This document shows, piece by piece, positions 29,401-38,837 of a DNA stretch of 64,000 nt. The DNA is from an uncultured Candidatus Poseidoniales archaeon (GTDB taxonomy: Archaea > Thermoplasmatota > Poseidoniia > Poseidoniales > Thalassarchaeaceae). Position numbers and translations under genes: made by a program. Position 1 is the first letter of the stretch. Each line of letters begins with the position of its first letter. Under the pieces are notes generated by a model. It had not been told where the DNA came from. It saw nothing but the letters and a program-made list of their open reading frames with translations, and made no database searches. The stretch lies in assembly GCA_964563355.1 (NCBI GenBank), contig CAZLVU010000003.1, positions 71,076 to 135,075 of the forward strand, given 5' to 3'.

Positions 29401-31304
29401 CGGTTTCACGACAGGACGTAGAACAATTCGTCAATCTTGTGCGGGAACTCTCAGTTGAAGTCGGCGGAGATCCCATTGTGCTTGCCGACAGGGTTGGAGA
29501 ACTAAGCGAACGGGACCCCGACTCATTGGAGGCAGAGACCATCCCCCCGGGAGATGCTGTCAGAATCATGACAATCCACAGTGCGAAGGGATTGGAGGCA
29601 AAGGTGGTGATTCTCGCCGACCTGTTCTCGAAGAGGCAGACCAATCTCAGCAACGAGTACAAAGATCGTCTGATAGTCAGCCCCGAGTTCTTCGGTGGGA
29701 ACCCCAATCCATGGCCCTCTCAGGGCTCACCCAATTCAGCAGTTTGGTCTCATGCAATAATGGTGCACAAGGCAAGGAAAATCGCCGAGGCTAGGAGACT
29801 GCTGTATGTAGGTGCAACTAGGGCCGAGGAACGACTGATTGTCGTAGGCTCACCTAGAGGAACCCACTGGACTGAAGGCAGCGGCATTTCAGTAAAGCTC
29901 GATGACGACGAATCGACTCCCCAACTGGGTCAAATGTGGCTCAGATCACTAACAAATGCCTCTTACCGTAGAGGGGAACCAGAGTCCCCTTGGATTCCAC
30001 CCAATTCAAGCAATTTTCTAAACCTCGACCCTCGAAAATTCTTGTCCAATCCCTTCATGGGTGAAAATGGCGTCTCAGGGATCACGGTAATACACCATCC
30101 CGATTGCTTTCACAAATCCATCGAAGGTGCTGAAGTGCCACTGACGACAGTAAGCAGAATCGAGCGAACCGATGAGCTCGCTCGCCTAGGAACCGTTCAG
30201 ATGGAGGACCAAGGGCCCCGTAGTGATGGTTTAGCAAGGGTTCGACTAAGCCCAAGCCAACTCCCCGTTTTCCAGCTCTGCCCTCGCCGTCACTGGTTGG
30301 AAACTAGGGGTGGTCTGAGCCCGCAGGAGGTTCTCCCTCACACTGCTGCAACTTCAAGCAATGGCATGCCTGAAAATGTCGACAGTGCGACTTTCGGTAC
30401 CATTTTCCACAGAGTCATGGAAATCGGAATAGGTAACCCTGGTCCCGGCGAAGGAGGACCAAGCAAACCTCTACTTCCGTCTTGGACTCTTCCCAGAGAA
30501 GACCGGCTGCTCGATGAAGAGGTACATGAGACGGTATTTCAGGAGTTTCTCCCACCCGGCTCGGACAAGGAGCATACTCAGAGGCTTGTGCGAATCATGG
30601 CCGAGAGAATCCGCCAAGGTCCCCTGGGTGAATTGGTGTCCGGCATGGAGGTCGGAGGACATAGGCTAGAAGGGCTCCGGACAGAGATGCCATTCCATAT
30701 TTCCCTCCCTGTGGAGATGGGAGATGTTTCCAATTGCAGATGGACCCCCGATGGAAATGAGAAACTCGCCACCACCAAATCATCAATCGTAGAGTTGAGT
30801 GGGTTAGTAGATCTGGTAATCTGTACAAGGAACGACAAGGGCGAATCCACAATCCGTCCTGTTGATCTAAAAACGGAGGATGTGGCCAATTTGGAGAGCG
30901 AAGAGGTGTCGGGCCTCCTAGAAGCTCTGGGAAATAGTGACCTAGGACCGGTTTGTACGTCTGAGGAGGCAATCCTGACAAAGCACAGGATGCAACTTGC
31001 CCTCTACTATCGCGCTCTTCAACTCACTGAGCAAAAGAAAGCCTCCATGGGCCTGCCTTCCAGAGAGGTACTGCCTCCAGCGATTCTGATTGGGGTCACG
31101 GGAAGGATGATTCGGTATCCAGAGGATGCATTAGAAACCGCCCTAGCCGAGCTTGGCACACTTCTCAAAAGGTCCTCAATAATGGCTATTTCCGCCGAAG
31201 CTCCCATTTCCGAGTCCCCACGCCTCGATTCCGAACATTCTTCTGTCTGCGAGGAATGCCCATTCCACCGAGGTGACATTCCATTCTGCGGACCCTCGGA
31301 ATGA
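26406..31304 (+). CDS. AddA-like UvrD (SF1A) helicase with C-terminal RecB-family nuclease
   Basis: DAGAGTGKT, LTFTNRAADEM, TIDSF, IIDEAQD, VGDVKQSIYAFRQA, NYRS, MTIHSAKGLE, EARRLLYVGATRA, GLVDL, VDLKT, QLALY; TGATG coupling with the upstream gene. Confidence 0.9.
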   Translation: MRLNTAQKLALNLDSHIVIDAGAGTGKTSTITDRVIEHYLTEDQRATRILPQPDRPSRLSGGMIPAPPSEQIDLQEWGGLLPAEVVLLTFTNRAADEMRDRLRKKILNLRPGPLGHDGQTRTDPRIRQEGFVEQLLTLLEDAPIGTIDSFLNQLVAPYRGKLGDALSRNNVSDSARVLITEKAMRAIWRLSSSPSRIGDAVDAGIPAHIAPQVLAARDRLAQHYSSHWAAMRVLRSLAGKSVFVDEAARELMDRSGEFSPDLLRQQIISSVDDKDIHRHTANVHASISEICELVRDNIAVLAIGGWPTDSRIASLDALDREGPPESTWEQLLWLSRVLVCTVSKSSLLSREMTFFPNKHFPSDSWTPGIRKFSEIQDNKTKERYGKELGEQISHLRELWRSKLGKLVLHFVRVAMLLDDPKPPRIPKDWQPPLKPLPIPLPERLEDNAEPKDFHLTIEAEIGNLQDLHMLHLGFRGLIKNFKEIEEVHDFDDIQRLAGDLLLANCPDVCRSFYPPNVQSALDSIGESTWRDDHIEAAFHALSEIESDPFGPGAYASDIGAVRRDLEYRQSVLRSIRRRYRAFIIDEAQDNSPLQWRILSRLWGERELREEEPVAPDTPWQPTVCYVGDVKQSIYAFRQAEVSGFREFARTLRGINAHEFNSIPELTRKPALRRESSSRDPRNDLTATIAKASEHMEKGGRDLVRWIPFDATDRHLPAPSATEVKNRRNGMISLQVNYRSQGGILNAMNEWWEDVLSEGYHQLPKGDFYAEPQILHPCPDKINSPGSIEWICPLSTGSPSNPITDLGAPIDPFGPGKPDSLERQALLIALRVRSLIESSPLRVRSADGSWHEVEADETIAPSDILILLPTRPKIRDIIVRHLQILGIPSQVDREGGLLQRPATHALHGLLQLAARPSSRHHATWVARSELIGFDDSQLHSFLDGADDGENLLRRLAECSDNPRQRSLVDRWCHLSDSSRIIDLLEESADFSDLLISHPDPVSRQDVEQFVNLVRELSVEVGGDPIVLADRVGELSERDPDSLEAETIPPGDAVRIMTIHSAKGLEAKVVILADLFSKRQTNLSNEYKDRLIVSPEFFGGNPNPWPSQGSPNSAVWSHAIMVHKARKIAEARRLLYVGATRAEERLIVVGSPRGTHWTEGSGISVKLDDDESTPQLGQMWLRSLTNASYRRGEPESPWIPPNSSNFLNLDPRKFLSNPFMGENGVSGITVIHHPDCFHKSIEGAEVPLTTVSRIERTDELARLGTVQMEDQGPRSDGLARVRLSPSQLPVFQLCPRRHWLETRGGLSPQEVLPHTAATSSNGMPENVDSATFGTIFHRVMEIGIGNPGPGEGGPSKPLLPSWTLPREDRLLDEEVHETVFQEFLPPGSDKEHTQRLVRIMAERIRQGPLGELVSGMEVGGHRLEGLRTEMPFHISLPVEMGDVSNCRWTPDGNEKLATTKSSIVELSGLVDLVICTRNDKGESTIRPVDLKTEDVANLESEEVSGLLEALGNSDLGPVCTSEEAILTKHRMQLALYYRALQLTEQKKASMGLPSREVLPPAILIGVTGRMIRYPEDALETALAELGTLLKRSSIMAISAEAPISESPRLDSEHSSVCEECPFHRGDIPFCGPSE

Positions 31305-31351
31305 TGCCCCTGAGTCGAAGAGTCCATGAGTGAAAGCCCGCACAAGGTTGC

Positions 31352-32770
31352 ATGGAAGCGGATATCGATTGGATTAACGGCAGGAGCGATGAGATTTGGG
31401 AGCAGTCAATCCTACCGAGCCTTTCCGAATTCATCGAGATAAAGGCCCTTTCACCTCTTTTCGAACCTGCCTGGGCCGAGTTGGGGGAGCTCGATGCCAC
31501 AATCGAGTTGTTCTGCAAGTGGCTCGACGAGCAGGACTTGGATGGAATGAGTTATGAGACTCACAGAATAGAAGACAAATCTCCTGTTCTCCTTGTCTCC
31601 ATAGACGGGACGGGTCCCGGAGAGGTCATTTTCTACTCACACCTGGACAAGCAACCATCCAAACCTGAACTATGGTCCGAAGGACTTCATCCCCTCAAGG
31701 CGGTTCGTAGAGACCCCTGGCTCTATGGAAGGGGTTCGATCGATGATGGGTATGGGGGGTACCTGTGCGTCACGTCTGTAAAATTACTCCAAGAGGCGGG
31801 GATTCCGCATCCCAGATGCACCTTTCTGATTGAGACTTGCGAGGAGTCGGGCTCATTCGACCTACCTCCGTACCTAGAGGCACTATCGAGACAACTAGGT
31901 GACCCCGATATGATCGTAGTCTTGGATAGTGGGGGCCCGGATTACGATCACATTTGGATGACTGAGGCTCTTAGGGGATTGGTTTCCGGAACTTTGTCTG
32001 TTCGGGTTTCCAATGAGGGAATCCACTCCGGGACTTCTGGAGGCAGCATCCCCTCTTCGTTTCGAATCCAGAGGATGCTGTTGGACAGAGTCGAGGATTC
32101 CTCTACTGGGGAGGTATTGATTCCCGAAATGCACGTGGATATCTCCGATGAAATCCGTGGCAAGGCCGCTGCGCTGGCAGAAGTTGTTGGTGATAGCTTG
32201 TGGGACCAGCTGCCTACCGTTGACTCTCTGGTTAGAGTTGCTGACACAACGGAGGACATGATAATCGGCATGAATTGGCAGCCCACGCTCTCGATTATCG
32301 GAGCGGATGGGATGCCCCCAGTCCAAGTTGCCGGCAACGTTCTCAGAACCAACACCGATCTGAAGCTGAGTTTCAGAATTCCACCAGGAGTCGATTCTGA
32401 AACCGTTCTCGCAAAGGCCAAGGCCATTTTGGAGGCGAATCCTCCGTACGGTGCCGCGGTTACTTTCACTCCAGACTCCTGTGCCGATGGTTTCCACGCT
32501 CCCCCCATGGAGGGGAAGGTTAGGGATGCCATCCATGACGCATCAATGCAATTGACTGGATTGCCCCCTCTGGCTTCTTGGACAGGGGGAACAATTCCAT
32601 TCATGGCCATGATGCAGGGAAAATACCCCAATGCCATGTTCCTCTGCACCGGGGCATCAGGTCCCGGTAACAACGCTCATGGCCCGGATGAGAAGATGCA
32701 CATTCCTTCTGCAAAGAGGCTAACTGCAGCCCTCTCAGTGACAGTCTCAGCAATTTCAACAAACTCCTGA
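31352..32770 (+). CDS. M20/M25/M40 family metallopeptidase
   Basis: HLDKQP, YGRGSIDDG, EESGS, LDSG, NAHGPDE. Confidence 0.92.
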   Translation: MEADIDWINGRSDEIWEQSILPSLSEFIEIKALSPLFEPAWAELGELDATIELFCKWLDEQDLDGMSYETHRIEDKSPVLLVSIDGTGPGEVIFYSHLDKQPSKPELWSEGLHPLKAVRRDPWLYGRGSIDDGYGGYLCVTSVKLLQEAGIPHPRCTFLIETCEESGSFDLPPYLEALSRQLGDPDMIVVLDSGGPDYDHIWMTEALRGLVSGTLSVRVSNEGIHSGTSGGSIPSSFRIQRMLLDRVEDSSTGEVLIPEMHVDISDEIRGKAAALAEVVGDSLWDQLPTVDSLVRVADTTEDMIIGMNWQPTLSIIGADGMPPVQVAGNVLRTNTDLKLSFRIPPGVDSETVLAKAKAILEANPPYGAAVTFTPDSCADGFHAPPMEGKVRDAIHDASMQLTGLPPLASWTGGTIPFMAMMQGKYPNAMFLCTGASGPGNNAHGPDEKMHIPSAKRLTAALSVTVSAISTNS

Positions 32771-32830
32771 TAATCGCTCCTAGGCCGATTCCCCCTCCGC
32801 CGGGGTTATATCGGGGGCACATGCGCACTT

Positions 32831-33433
32831 GTGGGGATGATGGGCCCAGACGACGTGTCAGACGCTCCTCAAGAGGTCAAAGAGGAGTATTTGGAGAAGA
32901 TGATGGTGGCGTATGACGCCGCCGCTGCAGATGTCGAGGCCCTGAAGGATCAAATCGAGGTCCTGAACCGTGATATAGTTGACAAGGAGATCGAGAAAGA
33001 GGGACTGGAAAACCTACTTGCCAACATTCGCTCGGAGAAGGATGAGATGGAGGTCGAGCTAGCTAAGGCTAGGACGGCGATACCGTACCTCGAGGACAAG
33101 CTCGAGAAGACTTCGGAGATGCTACGCGTCGAGGAGGCTCGGACCGGGCGCATCATGGACGTTGCGGAGGAAATACATGACAGGGAAAAGGCCGCAACCG
33201 CTGAACTGGGAGCTAGAGATGACTGGTTTCAACAGCACATGCAGTTATTTGAAGACCTAAATCAAGCCATCGAAACGCGTAGAATCATGATTGACCGTGC
33301 AGTCACCGCTGCAAAGGAGTTGGCAGATCAGGAAGATACATTCCGAGAGATGAGGGAATCTGTCATCGACGCAATCAAGGACAAGGAAGAGGAAGTGCCT
33401 GAGGAAGAAGCCGTCGAAGAGGACGAAGACTGA
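32831..33433 (+). CDS. Acidic coiled-coil hypothetical protein
   Basis: 200-aa ORF with heptad pattern and E/D-rich composition; fills the gap between co-oriented genes. Confidence 0.7.
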   Translation: MGMMGPDDVSDAPQEVKEEYLEKMMVAYDAAAADVEALKDQIEVLNRDIVDKEIEKEGLENLLANIRSEKDEMEVELAKARTAIPYLEDKLEKTSEMLRVEEARTGRIMDVAEEIHDREKAATAELGARDDWFQQHMQLFEDLNQAIETRRIMIDRAVTAAKELADQEDTFREMRESVIDAIKDKEEEVPEEEAVEEDED

Positions 33434-33590
33434 CCCCCCTCCTCGCCCATCCTTTCTGACATCTACTTCGCCTCTCTTTTCAAGTAAGCCAAGCGGAAAG
33501 GGGCCAATCTAGGGAATGACTTCGAAACTTGATTTAGAGCACCAGAACCGTCCTCGGCAGGATGAAGTGCGATACCCGAAAGGCATTCAC

Positions 33591-34724
33591 ATGGTCAGTG
33601 CCAGGGGCATTCTGGGTGATGGCTCCAAGGCCGTAAAAATTCACCATCTCATCAAGGCCCCCGAAAACACCCCCCAATCCATCTCATTCAGAGAGTCATG
33701 GGATGCGAGTAAACCGGTAACGGTCTACAAGACTCCTGAGATGCTTCCGGATGGCACTCCGTGTACAGCATCAACCGTAATTCTGAGAACAAAGGGATGC
33801 GCATGGTGGTGGAAGTCTGGATGCACATTCTGTGGATACTTCAACGACGTTAGGGACGATGTCTCCATCGAGGATTTGTTCTCCCAGTGGGAGGAAGCAA
33901 AGAGGCTAACCAATGACTTTGAAGGCTGTGGAATGGTCAAGGTGTACACATCTGGGACCTTCTTCGAGGACCGAGAGAATCCGCCTGAGTGGCAACAGGC
34001 AGTTCTTCGCGAGACACGCGACATGGATCTTCATCTGATAATCGAGGCTCAGGCCCAGATGTGCACCTCGGAAAAGATTGCGTGGGTCGCAGAGAATCAC
34101 CCAAGATGCACTGTAGCGATAGGATTGGAGGCTTACGACGACAAGGTGCTAAGATTCCACGTCAATAAGGGATTCTCAATCAAGCAGTGGCACAAGGCTG
34201 TTGATATGCTGAGGGAAAACGAACTCAGAGTCAAGACCTATCTTTTGTTCAAGCCCCCTTTCATGTCAGAGGGGGATGCACTCAACCACACCTCTACGTG
34301 GCTGAAGAAGGTCGCCCCACACTCCGACGAGGTATCAGTAAACCCGATGAACATTCAGAGGAGCACGGTCGTGGACCGCCTGTATAGGAACCATGAGTAT
34401 AGGCCTCCTTGGCTTTGGTCTCTGGTAGAGATGATCCAGAGGGTGCATGATGAGTTGACCAATCTTGACTGCAGAGTAATAATTCACCCAACAGCCGGTG
34501 GAAAGGCTCGAGGAGCCCATAATTGCAATAAATGCGATAGCGAGGTCGTGGCTGCCATCGAGCGTTATTCGGTATCAGCTGACATAGCTGAGTTCTCATT
34601 TCTTGATTGCTCATGCAAATCAGTCTGGAGGTCCGAATTGAACAATGATTCAATGCTGCCTGCTCCCTTGGGTATCGGAACCAGAAGGAGAGGAGTGACC
34701 ACCGACTTGGCACGTGCACCTTGA
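33591..34724 (+). CDS. Archaeosine biosynthesis radical SAM protein RaSEA (TIGR01210-like); ORF is open from 33516
   Basis: ILRTKGCAWWWKSGCTFC, VKVYTSGTF, AIGLE, KTYLLFKPPFM, YRPPWLWS, RGAHNCNKCD. Confidence 0.88.
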   Translation: MVSARGILGDGSKAVKIHHLIKAPENTPQSISFRESWDASKPVTVYKTPEMLPDGTPCTASTVILRTKGCAWWWKSGCTFCGYFNDVRDDVSIEDLFSQWEEAKRLTNDFEGCGMVKVYTSGTFFEDRENPPEWQQAVLRETRDMDLHLIIEAQAQMCTSEKIAWVAENHPRCTVAIGLEAYDDKVLRFHVNKGFSIKQWHKAVDMLRENELRVKTYLLFKPPFMSEGDALNHTSTWLKKVAPHSDEVSVNPMNIQRSTVVDRLYRNHEYRPPWLWSLVEMIQRVHDELTNLDCRVIIHPTAGGKARGAHNCNKCDSEVVAAIERYSVSADIAEFSFLDCSCKSVWRSELNNDSMLPAPLGIGTRRRGVTTDLARAP

Positions 34725-34813
34725 ACCGCCGGGAAACCCTCACCCGCCCAATGCTTAAGGGCGAATCTCCGGTGGTTTGTTGCAGACACTGTTGTGACGT
34801 CTGAGGTGCTATT

Positions 34814-35092
34814 GTGGTTAATGGAAATTCTAACCCTGTTGGAGAGTTCCTCCAGGGGGAGGGCGAGCCTGAGTCTTCGTGGCTGTTCCTGATATTGGGA
34901 TTTGTGACCACTCTGGTTTTCCTCGTACTCTACAGCATCCTCTATCCAGGTAACGACCTACCAGTAATTTCAACAATACTTCCTGTTTTCGAGGGCGTTT
35001 TCGACTCTGGAATTTGGTTCTTTATCCTTGGAATAATGATTGGTGTTTTCGCCATTCTGGGAACCATGCTGACCGAGGCAACTAGCGATTGA
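34814..35092 (+). CDS. Small two-helix membrane protein
   Basis: Two hydrophobic segments; stop abuts the SD of the next gene. Confidence 0.7.
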   Translation: MVNGNSNPVGEFLQGEGEPESSWLFLILGFVTTLVFLVLYSILYPGNDLPVISTILPVFEGVFDSGIWFFILGIMIGVFAILGTMLTEATSD

Positions 35093-35102
35093 GGTGTGTA
35101 AA

Positions 35103-36767
35103 ATGGCGCTAATTTCTGCAATTCTATCTTACTGGGCCGCTATCTTTGTGGTTTACATCATGCTAAATCGCGGAATTTGGATCTTTACTGACGTAAGCAA
35201 GGGGATGAGCATGTTCATGCTTGAGAAGGCACTAGGACCCGCAATCGATTTTGCAGAGGGAAGGAAGAGTTCTGGCGCAAGGACTTGGATTATCCAGGGA
35301 GCCCTCTGGCTAATCCCCGCATCAACCCTGACTTTCGCGGGTCTCTGGCTGAAGCATGACCCAGTGGCCCTTCATAGCTTAGCCTCTTGGGGGTATTCAC
35401 CATCATCGGAGGCGCTGTTGCTGGCTGGAAATCTGACCGCCTTCTATGGGGCTGTCGGGATGTTGATGGTCGGCGCTGGATTGCACATTGTCCCCACTCT
35501 CGGTGGAACAAACCTCGCTAGTGAACGCAACGCCTCACTGATGTCCTTTGTTTGGACACTTTCTGTCGTGGTAATGATTATCGGCGCTCACAATCCTGAA
35601 ATTCTCGGACTGAAGATCCTCCTCATGGCCACAGCGCTTCATTCACTATCTCTCCTTGCGATAATCGTAAACCTCCTGCTCACTGCTGCCTCGCGAACAA
35701 GGAAGATGCCACTTCCAGCTTGGTTGATAGTGGTGGGCATGTTGTCAGATCCGGTCTCGATAGTTATCTTGGCTCTACTCGGAATGCTGGACTCGGGTGT
35801 CGGGCAGTGGATGCTAGTGAGACTTATCTCGGGGGGATTCTTCTTCATGCAGGCTGCCGGAGTCGCCCTTTACGCCTCCTCACAAGGAACGGGAAATCCT
35901 CTGTGGTCGAGATCACTCGCAGCAGTCACCATGCTGGGGGCTCTACTTTCACTGAACCCACTTGGTGATACCACGGGAGCCCTAGCAGCCGATCTCCTCG
36001 GGTTCGAAGTTGCAGCTTTTACACCATCCAGAAACGACGTCATCGCCGCCTCATTCTTGATGGCTTTGGCCTCTATCCCAATCATCGCCCTCTCTTCCAA
36101 TATCATTGTCACCATGAGGGGTGATGACGTTTTCATGGAGAACCCGGATTCACCAGGGATGCCTGAGATTAACCTAGGGGCCCTCATGCTGGTTCCGTTA
36201 GGTATCGGCGCGCTGTTCGTTCAGACTGACGCCCTAAGGGGTCTGGATGAACTTAGTGGCATCTCCTCCTCATTGCTGCTCATGGTTGCCTGGCTCATCT
36301 TGGTACCCCTGGCCCTTGGCTCCGCACTTTCCATCTTCCCCGAAGTAGCAGGCAGAAATCTTCTCTCAAACATCCGCTCACGCTGGGCCTTCTGGATGAT
36401 GGCCGGGGGCTCTTTCTCGGGACTCATCATTACCATGATGGCAGACTTCTCCGAAATGGCGCTAATGGAGGCAGCAGTGGAGGAAGGGAGCAATATTTCC
36501 AACGAGCTCAGAGCGATAGGATCTGTGTTATTCTACGGGACAGTTATCGGCTCCATTCTTCACTGTCTCAACATGATTAGTGGTACATTCCGAGGATCAT
36601 TGGTAGAGGAAGCTCCAATCCCCTCTTCAACTTCAATAGAGCAGCCATCGTTCAATCTTACCACAGGAACTACGGTGAGGAAGATTCTCGCTAGGGGGGC
36701 AAACCTGGATACCGAGGTAGTCCCAGTCTCCCAGTCTGATGCTCCGGGAAGCCCAACCGAACTGTAA
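35103..36767 (+). CDS. Polytopic membrane protein, divergent cbb3-type oxidase subunit I (CcoN)-like, lacking haem/Cu histidines
   Basis: About 13 TM helices; QWMLVRLISGGFF..G...Y......NPLWSRSL parallels CcoN QWWYGHNAVGFF..G...Y......RPVYSYRL; ATG 35103 after GAGGTG. Confidence 0.6.
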   Translation: MALISAILSYWAAIFVVYIMLNRGIWIFTDVSKGMSMFMLEKALGPAIDFAEGRKSSGARTWIIQGALWLIPASTLTFAGLWLKHDPVALHSLASWGYSPSSEALLLAGNLTAFYGAVGMLMVGAGLHIVPTLGGTNLASERNASLMSFVWTLSVVVMIIGAHNPEILGLKILLMATALHSLSLLAIIVNLLLTAASRTRKMPLPAWLIVVGMLSDPVSIVILALLGMLDSGVGQWMLVRLISGGFFFMQAAGVALYASSQGTGNPLWSRSLAAVTMLGALLSLNPLGDTTGALAADLLGFEVAAFTPSRNDVIAASFLMALASIPIIALSSNIIVTMRGDDVFMENPDSPGMPEINLGALMLVPLGIGALFVQTDALRGLDELSGISSSLLLMVAWLILVPLALGSALSIFPEVAGRNLLSNIRSRWAFWMMAGGSFSGLIITMMADFSEMALMEAAVEEGSNISNELRAIGSVLFYGTVIGSILHCLNMISGTFRGSLVEEAPIPSSTSIEQPSFNLTTGTTVRKILARGANLDTEVVPVSQSDAPGSPTEL

Positions 36768-36821
36768 TGTGTGAACCACTTCCTCGATGGGTCCCATAGT
36801 CTCGTTAAGGGAGTGATTTAC

Positions 36822-38108
36822 GTGCGGATTGGACTAGTGGGCAAGCCCAACGTAGGCAAGTCAACCGCGTTCAGCGCCCTAACCGAGACCCCAGTAGAGA
36901 TTGCCAACTACCCATTCACGACTATTGATCCCAACGTAGGGGTTACGTGGCTGCCCATTCAAGGAATCTGCGCATGCGCCGAACTCCGTTCACGAAAGGA
37001 GACGTCGGGACGATTGGAACCCAGTGCGGCAGATGACCCCAAGGCAGGAAGCATCTGTTCCCCCAACTCCGGATCTTGCATTGGTCACAAGCGATTGGTT
37101 CCAGTAACCCTTGTCGATGTCGCTGGCCTCGTTCCTGGGGCCCATGAGGGCCGTGGCCGTGGAAATCAGTTCCTATCCGACCTTGCTCGTTGTGATGCAC
37201 TCATTCAGGTCGTAGACGTTTCTGGCTCGACTGACATAGAGGGCAATCCCGTTGGTTCGGGAGGCTCCGACCCCCTAGAGGAACATAGCTTCCTGATCAA
37301 AGAGCTCGACTCATGGATTCTGAGCATAATTGGTACAGGGTGGGAACGCGCCGCTCGAAGGGCACAAGCAGAGGGAGATGGAGCAATCAAGGACCATTTG
37401 GTTGCAAGACTAACTGGAATAGGTGCGAACGAGTCACACGCCACTGCTGGGTTGGCCGCTGCTCGTGGGGAAACCCAGTCTTCTACAGGTCCACTTCAGT
37501 GGAGTAAGGATGACCTTCTCAGACTGGCCTCAGCCATCCGAAAGTCATTGTTTCCAATTTCTGTAGCAGCTAACAAGGCTGAGAAGTCGCACAACAGAGA
37601 TTTCTCCGAACTATCATCGGTTGTGGAATCTCAGGGAGGGATCCTTGTTCCAACTAGTGCGGAGGCCGAGCTGGCACTGCGTCGAGCATCTGCCGGAGGT
37701 CTGATTGACTACGGTCCCGGTGACACTTCTTTCAACATCATAGAAGGAGACGAGAATAGACTTTCGGAAGTTCAGAGGAATGCCTTGCAATCAATTTCCG
37801 AGACGATCTTGTCTTGGGGCGGCGGTGGTCTAGTTGGACTACTCAGTGAAGTGGTCTTTGGGCAACTTTCCAGAATTGTCGCTTACCCAGTTCAGGATGA
37901 AACACACTGGGTCGATGGCGAAGGAAACCCCCTACCAGATGCTATTCTAGTACCACGAGGAACTACCTCTAGGGGACTAGCTTACTCTGTACATTCTGAT
38001 CTAGGTGACGGCTTCGTCAGAGCTATTGATGCTCGATCGGGTCGAGTGATTGGGGCCGAACACGAGCTCTCCGACGGGGACGTTGTTAGCATCCAAGCAA
38101 GGACCTAG
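36822..38108 (+). CDS. ychF: Obg-family YchF-like ATPase with TGS domain
   Basis: GKPNVGKST, ANYPFTTIDPN, DVAGLVPGA..GRGRGNQFL, AANK, AYSVHSDL; GTG after GGAGTGA. Confidence 0.9.
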   Translation: MRIGLVGKPNVGKSTAFSALTETPVEIANYPFTTIDPNVGVTWLPIQGICACAELRSRKETSGRLEPSAADDPKAGSICSPNSGSCIGHKRLVPVTLVDVAGLVPGAHEGRGRGNQFLSDLARCDALIQVVDVSGSTDIEGNPVGSGGSDPLEEHSFLIKELDSWILSIIGTGWERAARRAQAEGDGAIKDHLVARLTGIGANESHATAGLAAARGETQSSTGPLQWSKDDLLRLASAIRKSLFPISVAANKAEKSHNRDFSELSSVVESQGGILVPTSAEAELALRRASAGGLIDYGPGDTSFNIIEGDENRLSEVQRNALQSISETILSWGGGGLVGLLSEVVFGQLSRIVAYPVQDETHWVDGEGNPLPDAILVPRGTTSRGLAYSVHSDLGDGFVRAIDARSGRVIGAEHELSDGDVVSIQART

Positions 38109-38114
38109 TTGATT

Positions 38115-38783
38115 TCATGCAGACTCGACGATTACGGTGTAAGTGACAGCAGTCCAGGTTATGTCGAACTCCTCGTCTGAGTCTAAGATCTCCCCCACCA
38201 CAGGTACTGGATTGGAATTCACATGACAAGTGATTGTTGCCGCCCAAGTCCCACGTCCAAGTCCACCATCGACCCACTGACTTCGAATCTCACTTTCAGT
38301 CGACTCCTCTTCGCTGTATTCAGCCCCAGTGTAGTTCTCCGTTACATCCCATCTGATTGTGAATCCGCTGTCACCTCCGGAACAATCCCCCTCTCCCGTT
38401 TGGTCTTCTATTCCATCCAAGTCACTCAGGTCACTTACCCCATCTACACTATCGGTAAATCCGGGGCCTGGCTCGTCGTTATCGAAGCAAGACACTTGGA
38501 GCTCCACGTAACCAATGTTTACATCCGTCCCTGACAAAAGATCGAAGAAAGAGTCATATTTCTCCTCATCACCTAGGGTGACGGTTTCTTCGAGTGAAAA
38601 AACGCTCTCATTGAAACTTACCTTCAGTCCGCCAGCCAGTCCCGGAGTCCCCCCTCCCATCAAATCATCATCGATCAATGAGGGCATAGCTGCAAAGTAG
38701 ACTGGGAAAGCAATCAGGAACGCCACCGAACCAGCTAGAGTCTTGACCTTCAGAGGGGTGTCGATTAAGTCTTGGAAATCCAT
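38115..38783 (-). CDS. Hypothetical membrane-anchored acidic beta-rich protein
   Basis: N-terminal TM segment and acidic extracellular domain; 222-aa ORF. Confidence 0.65.
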   Translation of the reverse strand: MDFQDLIDTPLKVKTLAGSVAFLIAFPVYFAAMPSLIDDDLMGGGTPGLAGGLKVSFNESVFSLEETVTLGDEEKYDSFFDLLSGTDVNIGYVELQVSCFDNDEPGPGFTDSVDGVSDLSDLDGIEDQTGEGDCSGGDSGFTIRWDVTENYTGAEYSEEESTESEIRSQWVDGGLGRGTWAATITCHVNSNPVPVVGEILDSDEEFDITWTAVTYTVIVESA

Positions 38784-38837
38784 ATTGCTTCACGTTCCGG
38801 TTTACATCCCACCTATCAAATTCTTTCTATAGAGGTC

